In this document: positions 40,252 to 51,520 of the stretch, piece after piece | Position numbering within the stretch: the stretch's first letter is position 1 | Layout: every line of letters starts with the position of its first letter | Source of the DNA: Camelus dromedarius | Lineage: Eukaryota | Assembly (NCBI RefSeq): GCF_036321535.1 | Contig: NC_087447.1 | Span: 37,512,001 to 37,576,000, forward strand | DNA: 64,000 nucleotides | Direction of reading: 5' to 3' | Notes under the pieces: model-generated | Seen by the model: the letters and a program-made list of their open reading frames with translations, nothing else | Told to the model about the DNA's origin: nothing | The model's database searches: none | Position numbers and translations under genes: made by a program

Positions 40252-41200
40252 ATGGGGAACCAAATGGAAGGACAGTCCATTAGGGTGCATCCTGCAGAGC
40301 TGGAAGTTTTTGGGTATCACCCCCTGACCCCAAAACATTTAATCTTCCTACATAATACAGCCTGGCCCCAACACTGGCTGGGAGATGGGAAAAGTTAGCC
40401 CATAAATGGGTCTCTAAATTACAGCACCACTTTACAACTGAACCTGCTATGTCACAGACAAAAGAAATGGGATGAAATTCCTTATTTCCAGTTTTTTTTA
40501 TGGCCTTATATCAGAGAAAAAGTCTTCAAAAGGAATGTGAGCTCTCCTCCACTGAGATAATGCCAGTCCCTGACCCTCCCCCAAGGACCTTCTTGGTATC
40601 CTCCCCAGCCCTCCTCCAACTGCTCCCTCCCTGCCTCCTTCCTTCATATGTTCTGATTTGGGCCACAGACTCGAGGGGTTCCCTCCATACCAGCTCCCTT
40701 CCCCAGAACTCAGTCCAGCAAGTACATAAAACAGGACTAATGACCAGCCAGGGTCCAATAACCCCCCAGGAAAAGTACTCCTTTGAGACGAGTCATCGAT
40801 GGAGAAAGAAGGCTCATCCAGCCAGGTAACCATCCCATTTACCACTTCTGATCCATATAACTGGAAAAGTCATAGTAAGGGGTTGAGGGAAAATCCCAAG
40901 GGGTTTCTGAATCTGATTAGGGAAATCTTTCAGAGCCATGATCCCACCTCGGCTGACATCCAGAGCCTCCTCAATGTACTCCTAAATAGGGAAGAAAAGG
41001 CCACAGTCTTTACAAAAGTCCAAGAGTACAAGTCATGATATTTTCAGATCAGGGAATCAAACAGTCCCAGATAACAAACCCAACTGGGATTACCAAGACA
41101 ATGGAGAATGGGTTGGAAGACACAGGCTGACTCACTATAAAAACAGGATTCTAAAGGAAACCCAGGCAGCAGGAAAGAACCTGTCAATTGGAATAAGCTG
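40252..41200 (+). pseudogene. gag: ERV gag remnant (MA and N-terminal CA), with frameshifts and stops; C-terminal CA/NC missing
   Basis: MGNQ start; LIFLHNTAWPQ...NGSLNYSTTLQL (gamma-type MA); PFTTSDPYNWK...IFQSHDPTSADIQSLLNVLLNREE (p30 CA). Confidence 0.9.
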
Positions 41201-41475
41201 ACACTGGATATGGGGGAAAGCCTGTCAAATTCTATTCACACCGGTGCCATTTTATTGGGTTCTAAACACCATATTAGGCAAACTTAGTCACAAGAGTTGT
41301 AAAATTATGGGAGGATCAGGGAAGGCCCAAGAACGGGCATTCATAGAGCCATCAGAATGTAAGTCAGACAAACACATGTTCACTCATTCCTTCCCATATG
41401 TTCCCAAATGCCTTACACCCCTGCTAGGAAGAGATATCTTACATAGATTGAGGGCTACTATCCCCCTAACGTGAG
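41201..41475 (+). pseudogene. pro: ERV protease remnant
   Basis: TLDMG...HTGA (DTGA with the catalytic D mutated, 41237-41248) and PLLGRDIL. Confidence 0.85.
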
Positions 41476-41559
41476 ACAAACTGGAGATGGTGTTCCTCTA
41501 GACAAGGGGTACAAGATGATAATGTTAATGACTAAGGACAAACTTCCCCAGACAGAGCA

Positions 41560-44500
41560 AGTCAAGCTTCCTGGAGTAAATCCCCAGGTCTGGGCCCAGG
41601 GACAGGTGGGATGAGCTGCAGGAGCCAGTCCTGTGATAGTCCACCTAGAACCGGAACATACATGGCCCAATAGAAAACAGTCTCACTGTCAGGACACCTT
41701 GTTGGGCATTGGTCATCAGGGCCTAAGTGACCAGAGCCTTATTAGACCATGCCAATCAGCCTGTAATATCCCCATTTCCCCACAGAGAAACCCAGTGGGG
41801 AATACCAGATGGTACAGGACCTCAGGCAGTGAAGCCACACCGGATATTGTGAATGAAAGTACTGCAATGTGAATGAAAATACTGCAACCATATCAGTAAA
41901 CAAAGAATGCTGAAACCAAGTCATCAGTGGCTGCCGCCACCCCCCAGTGAGGACAGGCCTGCAGCCCAGCCTCTGCAGCCACTTACAATGATGCCCTCTG
42001 AGCGGACTCAGAATAAGAAAGGACAGGATACTGGTGCTAGATAGCTAGGTGCTTGTCAAAGGAATGAATTCAGTGAGCCCAAATGTTTGCTTCCTCCTGT
42101 ACATAGAAAAGCACTAAATTCTTTAACTTGAGATGCCTGGTTTTCTTTAGATAACAAGCAATCTTTTCTTGTTCCAACTACCTGGTCTTTGTTGTAAAGC
42201 TCCTATATATCCTAGCTCCTCCCCTACCTCTTCGGAGCAGTCCCTCAAAGCGATCTGAGAGGCTGTCATCCCGGCTCGAGTCCTCTCGCCAAATAAAACA
42301 TAACTCTTAACTTTTAGGCTGCGCATTTATTTCAGTCAGCAATATATATCCGGTAGTCCCTAAACCCTACACCCTGCTGGCAACTCTACCACCCACCAGG
42401 ACTTGATATTATGTATTAGATTTAAAAGATGCCTTTTTCTGTATTCCATTAGCCCAGTGTCACAAGAAATATTTGCTTTTGAGTGACAGGACCCAAACGT
42501 GCAACAAAACAACACTGCTGGATAGTCCTGCCCCAAGGGTTAAAAAATTCCCCACCATCTCTGGGGAAACATTAGCCAAAGTCCTAAGAGATCTACATCT
42601 GGAGGAGGGAACCAGATGTTCTGATCACCAGCCCTACTAAGGAGGCCTCTGACAAAAATACTGTAGCCACCATGAACTACCTAGCTGATAAAGGATATAA
42701 GGTGTCCAAGAAAGACTCAAATATCACAAAGTAGGGCGACCTACACAGGCTTCATTCTCACAGAAGGTAAGAGAAGCCTACCCCAGGAAAGAAAAGAAGT
42801 AATATGCACCCTTGCCTCTCCTTAAACTAAAAGATAGCTTACGGGTTTCCTGGAGAAGCCAGTGTTGCCACATCTGGATCCCTAACTGTGGCCTAAGGCC
42901 TCTATATAAAAAGTTGAAAGGAAAGGATGATGATCCTTTTGTACGGAATTCAGAATGCGTAAGGGCCTTTCAGGAACTGAAAAAGCAATTACTTCAGGCC
43001 TCTGCCCTGTCCCTCCCAGATTTAGTTAAACTCTCTGACCTTTACATTCACGGGAGAAGGGGAATCACCCTTTGGGTATTAGCTCAAAAACTGGGACCTC
43101 TTACTCAAGTGGTTGCTTATTTCTCTAAACAATTAGATCAAACCACTAAGGGACGGCCTATGAGTGGTAGCAGCTACTACAACCCTGCTAAAGAAGGCTG
43201 AAAAGTTAACGTTTGGTCAGCCAACCACCATATGGGCTCCGCACCAGGTTCAGGCTTTAGTAAGTTCTAAGGGAACAGAATGGCCATTCTCAGAAGGTTG
43301 ATTCAATTTCAAACCATGCTTTTAGACAACCCAGGAGCTACCATACAAACCTGTCATAGGCTAAATCTCGCCATGCTGCTACCCACAGAAACAGGGCTTC
43401 TGGAGCACGACTGTACAGCAGCCATAAGCACGATCTATTCCAGTCACCCCATCTATTCTGACCTCAGAAGTGAGCCTATTCCAAATGTCGAAGAGGTATG
43501 ATTCACAGACAGAAGTTTTATGAAAGAGGAAAAAAGGCCAGCAGGATATGCAGTAAACTCCCAGACCCAAATCATAGAAACAAGAAGCCTACCCCCAGGG
43601 ACTTCTGCCCAAAAGGCAGAGCTGATACCCCTCACCTAAACCTTAGAGCTTGGGACGGGGAAGATCCGAAATGTTTACACGAATTCTCAGTATGCATATG
43701 CTATCCTACATGTACATGGGGCTATTTGGAAGGAAAGGGGTATTCTTACAGCAGAGAATAAATAGGTGAAACACAGCTTAAACATTGAAGCTCTTAGAAG
43801 CAGTATAGCTTGCAAAAAAAGGTGGTAGTGATTCCATGTAGTGGTCACCAACAAGGGGGGTGCACAGATAATAAATTAATGAAAAAATAAGGCAGACACA
43901 ACTGTCAGAAGGGCAGCCCTAGAACCAGTAACCTGGCAACTACCTCTCATGCCTCAAAGGCCAGATCCATCCAATTATTCCCCAGTCTACACAGAGGAAG
44001 AATTAGACAAAGCCTGAAAATGAGGCTTCACTACAGATCTAGGAGACCAGTTATCTCTTGGTGCCTGTGGACACATTTTCAGGCTGGGCAGAAGCATTCC
44101 CCCACTAGAACTGAAATGGCAGCCACAGTGACTAAAGTATTCCTAAGACATAATCCCCAGGTTTGGGCTCCCAGGATCCCTACAAGGTGACAATGGCCTG
44201 CCATTTGTGTCTCAAGTGACAAAAGGGATAACAAGCACTGGGCATAAAATGGGCCTTGCACTCAGCCTGGAGACCCCCATCACTGGGGAGCCCATAAAAC
44301 AAACCTTAGCCAAGCTACGCCAGGAGACTCAAGGAAACGGGTTTAAGTTACTCCCAACTGCCCTGTTCCCCACGCAGCTATCCTCAAGGGATAAGTTAAA
44401 GCACGTTTGAACTCATGAATGGTGGACCCATTCCCCAAGCCTGAGAGGAGGGACATCTTACCCCCCTGGAAATGGAGCAACTCAAGTACGCCCTCCAGGT

Positions 44501-44850
44501 GGGAGAAGCCAGGAAAGCCCTCACAGAGCATGGTAACCAGGTGCTGCCTGCACCCACCAACCTGGCCCTTCACCCCTTCCAGCCGGGAGCCCGGGTGAAA
44601 CTAAACTCCTGGAAAACCAGCAGCCCGCAAGGGCAGCTCACTCATACTTGGACCAGACCCCACTGGGTGATTCTAACCAGCCATTCTGCCCCGAAGCTAC
44701 AGGGACCACCCTGTGGGCATACAACACTCGAGAGAAGAGGGCCCCGGGCCCCAACCTCCAGAGAGACAACCTGGGGCAACGGACCCCCGACTACTCATGT
44801 GAACCTCTCTCTGACCCGACGCTTCTCTTCAGAAAAACCACAGAAGTGTG
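41560..44850 (+). pseudogene. pol: ERV pol remnant (RT, RNase H, integrase), interrupted by a nested LTR
   Basis: RT: YPVVPKPYTLL, LDLKDAFFCIPL, LPQGLKNSP. Connection domain: VAYFSKQLD. RNase H: FTDRSF, SAQKAELI, YTNSQYA. IN: YLLVPVDTFSGWAEAFP, GDNG, HPFQPG. Confidence 0.95.
41848..42341 (+). mobile_element. ERV1-type solo LTR nested in RT
   Basis: TG...CA termini, TSD ATAT (41844-41847 / 42342-42345), TATA-like tatata near 42204, AATAAA 42292-42297. Removing it restores the RT frame EATPDIYPVVP. Confidence 0.93.
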
Positions 44851-44954
44851 ACCAGGGAGGTCCAGCCCCCGCAGTGAGCCTCGACATCAGGGCACACTCA
44901 TACCTATAGCAAAAGACCTAGATACTGTCATTTGTAGGAAAAATTTAACTTGTG

Positions 44955-45026
44955 ACCATTATTCTTTTGTTAACAATTGGGCCACGCATCCGAAATTGTC
45001 TGGTGTCCTTTATCTCCAAAAGGTTA
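44955..45026 (+). pseudogene. env: env remnant: end of the TM membrane anchor and start of the cytoplasmic tail
   Basis: TIILLLTIGPRIRNCLVSFISKRL matches the gamma-type TM motif LLLxFGPCILNxLVxF. Confidence 0.75.
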
Positions 45027-45220
45027 GTTTATAAATTTCCACGTGGTGGTCACTCAGGACACAAACAGGGCGGAGGCCTGGAGCCAATCAAGAGCATCTA
45101 AAAGCAGCTGGGGAGCAGCTCTGCTCCTCCGCCCGGGGTCACGGCGACGCCCCGAGTCAGCAGAAAGCAGTCACAGAAGACGCACCTGTGCCTCTCAGCG
45201 CCCCTCAAGAGGGAGGAGCA

Positions 45221-45243
45221 GGACAAAAGGCAGAGGAGGGATC
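45221..45243 (+). promoter_or_regulatory. Polypurine tract
   Basis: ggacaaaaggcagaggagggatc directly precedes the TGT of the 3' LTR. Confidence 0.8.
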
Positions 45244-45786
45244 TGTCATCAGCAAAGCCCATTAACAATTTCCAGGAAATATAAACAGAATCTGTTGATA
45301 AAATAAAGTCTAACCTTTTTTTCCTTTGTGCTTCGTCTAGTTTCACTTGCTCACAGGATACTGTGTGCTGAGGCCTCCCACCCAACACTTCAGACCAGCG
45401 TTCCCAGTGCAAAACGGCTGCGCTGACACCTCAGCTCAGGGACTGTGTGCAGAAGCGCTGCCCATGACAGTGCAATTCAAGATGGCGGCGGAAGGTGGTG
45501 TGCGGAGACGCTAAACAGCGATCTGGAGCGTGAGCAGCAGGGCTGGGAGCCGCGCGAGAACTCCGCGAGAACTCCGCGAGAACTCCACCCCCTCACCCCT
45601 CCCCACGCCCCAACTGCCCGGCTGACTTGAACCCTATAAAGCCCTGCCCGCAGCCGGCCCACAGAGCTTGCCCCTCTCCATTCTTTCATCAAAGAATAAA
45701 GTTTTCCTTTGCTTCTGAACGGAACTCAGTCTCATTCTACTGGCTCAAATGACAGCAGACAGAGGCAGGACCTTTGTTGGCGACTA
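45244..45786 (+). mobile_element. 3' LTR of the provirus, CpG-rich
   Basis: Starts tgtcatcagcaaag and ends ctttgttggcgacta (imperfect terminal inverted repeat); TATAAA 45635-45640, AATAAA 45695-45700. Confidence 0.9.
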
Positions 45787-45899
45787 ACTTCGGAAAGCTA
45801 GTCACACCTTGTATGAGAAATTGAAATGTGAACTAGGTGAATTTGTGAATTTCAGGCAGCTGTGTCCCTCAGGAATTAGGCAGTTTCTAGGTTGCTTCC

Positions 45900-46100
45900 A
45901 GCTATTTCTCACTACCCTGCTGCTAGCGCCCCCTGGTACCAGCCACCGTCATTCTAGCCTTGGTATCTTACTGTGATACCACCCTACTGGACCCCTGCGT
46001 TTCCACTCCGGCCCTCCTACAGTTGATTCCTGGCACAGTAATCAGAGTGGTCCTTTTCTAAGTCAGCTATGTCACTCCTCCACTCAAAATCTTCCTGGAG
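45900..46100 (+). mobile_element. L2 remnant
   Basis: cagccaccgtcatt...cacagtaatcagagtggtccttttctaa...tgtcactcctccactcaaaatcttcc. Confidence 0.65.
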
Positions 46101-48329
46101 AAAGGGCATTCCGCTTTGGTCATGTATAGCCTGGTAGTGGACATGATCCCTTGCTAGGGTATGTCCTCTGTTATGCTCACAGTCTGTATGTAAAATTCCG
46201 ACGTTTTCTGAGCCCGAGCTGGCACAGTCATCTCCTTCACCATCCCTTTTGCTCACCTTCCCGCCTGATGTCTAAGCAGCCCAAGTGGAGGCTGTCCTCA
46301 ATGAGCTGAACGGGGTGGAAAAAGCCTGGGCTCCAGCTTTTAAACCATATTTAACAGTGCCACACTTGGAGCCCGTGGCATCTACACAATGGGAGAGAAC
46401 GCTTCAGCTTTCACTAAACCTAGAGGTTGTCCTCTTCTGCCCAGCAATCAAGGAAAACGTGTAAAAGCTCCCCTAGCACTAGTGCAGAGCATCAAAAAAG
46501 GAGACTCAAGAACACACCCGGGCTTGGAGCCAGCAGATAAGAGCAAAAAGGAGAGAGAGAAGGACAGAGATGTTCCTATAGTAATAATAAGTAAACATGT
46601 TACAGAAAGAGATCACTAAGAAGAACAAAAGTACTTGAAATTCTAACATTGCCTGGATCTATGCAGCAAAAAATATCCAGAATAGGGATGGCCACGGCTA
46701 CACCCAGAAAGTTTAAGCTGGACATAAATTGACTAGCTGGGGGCAGAAAGACTGAAAATTACCTGCGGTCAATAGCTATGTCAGACACAATGAAGCAGCA
46801 AACCCAGCCAGTGTGGTAGAAGACATGGAACAAGAAGGGGTGCTGAAGAGAGCGGGAGAAGAGGAAAGCAGGTTGGTAAGGTCAGAGGGTGCACATGGCG
46901 ACAGACCAGAGGTATGCTGCTCTGCTCACAATTGGCTGAGGGTTCCACCAATACCATAACGAGGGAGGACTGGGAGTAAAACCTGAACCACCCTAAACTT
47001 CAGCAGATTCTTCAGGAGTAACAAATGGTCTTTCACCTTCAGGGTTGCTTCACTGGAGATGCGTGATAAAAATGCAAATTCCTGGTCCTGCCCAGACCAA
47101 CCAAATCACATCATCTACTGGAACCTATTATTGTTAACAAGCAAACAAGGTGTTACAGAGGCAACTGGGCCTTGTGTGGGCTGTCAGCAGACCTCACCTT
47201 GGAAACCTCTGCTCTTCTGTGCTTGTTACATAAATAATGTGGCCCTCTGCAGTCACATGCGCTCTTAAACAAATAACTGCTTTGGGGAAAGAATCACTGA
47301 ATAAACCACTTACAGTGATTATCTTTGAGGAGACGGGATGAGGGCCAAAAGGGGAAGTGGCAGCACTCTCCTTCAATCATTTCTGTTCAGTTTTACTTTT
47401 TTTTCACTTTATTTATATATTACTTATTTGGGGACAGCAGTAGTTATTTGGACATGGAGTGAAGGGCCATGGCTTTGCTTGATTTTCTCTTTATATTTTA
47501 AAAATGGTAGTAAACTTTAGATTCTACATTTCTTTATTCAAAATATATTTATAAAGTGCCTGCTTTGTGCCAGGCACTGCTCTAGGTACTTGGGTTATGG
47601 CGTTTGTAGGATAAATACACAATTGAGCCTGAACTAGCTGCTTTGTGAGTTAATTATAATTCAACCTTTGCACATGATCAACTATCAATGTTTTTATTTT
47701 CTCAGGTTGGTGGGCTGGGCCCTCAGGACAGAGTGAGGCCAGCTGACAAAGGTAATCATGACCTAGGAGCCAAGGGTGCACACATCAGGTAAGAGACAGC
47801 TTTGCCCACCCTGCCTTAAAGAATGGTGTGCGGAAAAGACTTAGTCTCTCCTGCTGTGCTGCATGGTATTCATACAATAGAGCAGAGACTGGAGAATTGG
47901 AATTACAGACTTTTGGCACTGGAACCTAATGAACAGATAAAAGTGGATAGAAAAATGAAATTGAGATGGAATACTGAGCAACTTGCTTGAGGGCCAAGAG
48001 TCTAATTTTTTTTTCTTTTTTTCCTCCAGATTGGGCATTGTTCATTCCATTTTCTTGAGAGAGAAGAACCAGTGATAGAAGGTGAAAGTTCCCATTAGCA
48101 AGAGGCCCTCTCTTCCCAAAGCATACTCATCTTCAAAACCATGTATTAACTTCCTGGAAGCAAGATCTTGTAATGTGTGCATTCCACAAAAAGAAATAAC
48201 TTACAGGGCCTTCTTACAAAACACTATATGCAGAGTTCTCAGAAATACATATGTCTTAAAACTGAAATAGAAGTTATGAGTTAACTGAGCTCCCAGAAAT
48301 ACCATCTTCATTACCATATTCAATGATAC

Positions 48330-48520
48330 CAATAATTACAGCTAGTTGTTGTAATAAGTGCATAAATTTCATCTTATTTGACCCTCAGTCTTATAAGACA
48401 AATATTGTTATCATTTCCATCTTTTAGAGGAGGAAACTGAAACACAGAGAAGTCAAGCAACAGGTCCAAGACCACTCAGGACACTATCAACCCAACAGCT
48501 TGTCTGCACAATCTGCAGTC
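48330..48520 (-). mobile_element. MIR SINE
   Basis: ttttagaggaggaaactgaaacacagagaagtcaagcaac. Confidence 0.75.
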
Positions 48521-50747
48521 TTACTCATTCACTCTCTGTGCCTAAGTTCCTCTGCAGATATGAGCCCAGACCATCCATTAATGTGTGTCCCAGAGTACAA
48601 AAGAGGGGTGTATGGACCCACGTGAGAAGAGAGAGAAGACCCAACCATCACTGATCCCTGTCCTGCCTGCCCAGAACCAACTGAGCGGACGGACTTCAAG
48701 CAAGCCTTCACAAGATGAAGCCACCTGTAGACAACCGCTGTCACTGGGCTTCATGAGAAGCCTCTAGTTGTCAATAATCTGCTAGCCAGGCCCAGAGCAG
48801 TCTGAAATTTTTTCTGTACACCAAAGGGATGCCGCTTTTTCCATCTTAAGTCTCTTGGTCTCTCTCTCTCTCTCCTCTGCTCTCTTCTTCATTCTTCCTG
48901 TTTTCAAAGGTAAAAAAAAATACAGGTCAGCAAAAGTTTATAAGAGAACTTAAATTGCAGATTTAACTTTTTCAACTCATACATACCGCCCACCTGCACT
49001 CCCTTTTGCCTTAGAAATGTTTACCTGTTCTTTCAATTTAATTCAGCACTTTCCAAACTGTCTATTATGAAACACTGTTCCAGTAGATATTAATAAGTAT
49101 ATCCTAGGGTGACCCACGGTCAAATAAGTTCACAAAATAAGGCATACCAGGGCCTCCTCTTGGAGCTGTGCTATGAGCATAACAGGACTGAAAAGTCATA
49201 CAATAAAGAAAGCTGTTTAATAACTTAATGTACAACATTTAATTGAAATATTTTGGGTACTTACTCTGTGCTAGGCTCTGTTTTAAAGCTAGAAATAACA
49301 GCAGTAAATAAGACAAAGGCCTTCTTTCCATGGATCTCCAATTACAGTAAATGTCACAACTGTGCACTAAACGTTTTTTGTGACCTATCAATATCTTGGA
49401 AAATGTGTCACCAGTTTTGTAAATACCTTTCTACAGACATACAGTATTTATGTAATTTGAGTCTTACTCTCATCTGCTGATGCAGATGGGGAAGGACATC
49501 CACAGGTACAAGAGATACCCTTGGTCCTGTATTTACACAGAAGAGTTTCATGTGCTTATGGATGGAAGTGCTATATTTCACAAAATTCAGAGCTCATGAA
49601 AATAAAAATCATTTCTTAAAACTAAAAATTATCAAGTAAGAATTCATTGAAGAAAAACCTTCAGATTAAAGACAAACATCACATGTGTAGCCTTGCTACA
49701 TCTGTCTCTCCTTATGATGCCTCCATCAGATGCTATGGAGACATCTTATAGAAGCCTTATTTTCTAAAGGTATTTCTTGGCATAAGACCTGACATTCAGT
49801 TCTTGCTCCATGATTCCCATGGGTATCACGAGGCCCATAACATTTCCTAAAAATCTTTGGATTAGGCTGGTCTCAGTCTTTCTATTATTCTTTATCCAGA
49901 AATATCTTTAGTCTCTAGGTTGAATAACAAAGAACATATTCCTCTCTGCTAGTCTGTTCTGATTGGTGAGAACTAGTAAGTCTGGGACTCTGGGCAGGGG
50001 GAGGTGGGTTTGTAAGTGAACTGTCTTTGGCAAGTACGCATAAAAGAGGGTCACCGTCCACAAAGACGATGGCCACAAAGATCAATAATCAATTAACAGG
50101 ACAGCAAACACCCTGTTCATTGCCTCTGATGTGTAACTGATGTGCACTTCCACACTCCCAGGCTAGGATCCCCAGGTTCTCCAGTGAGAGGCAAGCAGAG
50201 GATTTCCATGGCTGCATTTGCTTTTAAGAAAACTCCTTCAGCATCTTCTTCAGAAGAAGGACAAAGTGAACCTTCACCAGGCCAGTACAATGGAAACAGA
50301 AGTGTCAGAAGAGAGGCAAGAGGTGTTTTAGAAATTTAATAGGGTTTAATGGGTTTGTCCACTAAAGGAAGCTCCCAGAGACACCTACGTTCACAGTATC
50401 ATCCATTCAGTCTGGAAAGCATACATATACAACTCCTGACTGTCCAGCATGTATTTCTTTCAGTAAGCTCCCTGACACCCAACTCTCAGACTTGAGGATA
50501 AGAGATCTGCTTTTGTATCATAGTCCCCCGAGCCCTAAATGCCTGTTCTAACCTGATTCAATCTTAGCCAGCTTCTGAGGCAGACTTTATAGCCCACATA
50601 GCACTCACTCTTACTTAGTCAGCCAATTGGTACTTCCTCCAAAGTTTAATTAGAACCCAAAAAGAAAAACTAGACCACGGAGAGCACAGCAGACGATGAC
50701 GGCAGCTGGGTTTTATGTCCATCAGTTCTGCCATTCAAAAACATATA

Positions 50748-50959
50748 CAGCCGACCTTGGACAATGTGGGAGTTAGAGGTGCCAACCCTGTGCAGTAGAA
50801 AATTGGCATATAACTTATAGTTGGCCCTCCACATACATGGTTCTTCCACGTCCACTCAACCAACTGCAGATTGTGTAGGACTGTCTTATTCACTAGAGAA
50901 AAAAATCCATGTATAAGTGGACCCACGCAGTCAAACCCATGTTGTTTAAGGATCAACTG
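50748..50959 (-). mobile_element. Tigger2a-like MITE (TcMar)
   Basis: Termini cagccgacctt... and ...aaggatcaactg, a left-flanking TA, and internal gtataagtggacccacgcagt. Confidence 0.85.
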
Positions 50960-50964
50960 AATGG

Positions 50965-51520
50965 AGTACCTGCTAGTGTCCAGTTACTTTGCCAGGTGCT
51001 GAGCACACAGTGGTGGATGAGAGAGATGAGATTCCTGTCTCATGAAGCTTATGTTAAGGAGAGGGCAGACATTAAACAAATGAACAAACAAGACAATTTC
51101 AGAATGTGATAAATATTCTGAAGACCATCAAACAAGGAGAGGTGAAGGAGAGCCAGGGGATGGAAGTGTTCCTGCTTCAGAAGGGAGGGTGGTGTGCAGG
51201 CAGCAGGACCAGCAAGTGCACAGGCTCTGACAGGAACACAGGCTCAGCCTACTTAAATGCCAGAAAGGAGGGCAGTGAGTGGAGCACAGAGGAGGCTGGC
51301 TCAAGAGCAGGCTGGAGAGGTGGGCAGGGGCCTGATTACGAAGGGCCTTGAAGGCTGCAGTGAGGCTCGAGTTCAAATTTTATCCTATGTGCAGTGGGAT
51401 GTCACGGGAAGATTTTTCAGGAAGGACAGGATGTTATCTGTCTTATGTTTCAAAAGACCACTGTGACTGCCATGAGGAGAGAACGGTAGTACTGCAAGGA
51501 TGAAGTCTAAGAGAAGTCAG
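50965..51520 (-). mobile_element. L2 LINE remnant
   Basis: gccaggtgctgagcacacagtgg...agcaagtgcacaggctctga...tatgtttcaaaagaccactgtgactgc. Confidence 0.75.

Larger units (their letters stand above)
38361..45786 (+). mobile_element. Degraded class I (gamma-like, ERV1) provirus
   Basis: Two homologous LTRs, PBS, gag-pro-pol-env remnants in canonical order and a PPT. The candidate 4-bp TSD is imperfect (cctt 38357-38360 / actt 45787-45790). Confidence 0.95.

Noticed and set aside
40252..44909. Intact or domesticated gag/pol ORFs (for example 42812..43201, 44472..44909)
   Set aside because: Multiple stops, frameshifts and loss of catalytic motifs. The ORFs drift out of the viral frame.
44850..45243. 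Domesticated env (syncytin-like) gene
   Set aside because: Only a ~24-codon TM tail remains. There is no signal peptide, SU, furin site or immunosuppressive domain.
45482..45514. ATGGCGGCG start codon in the 3' LTR as a gene start
   Set aside because: The frame closes after 10 codons (TAA). It is better explained as the YY1 motif.
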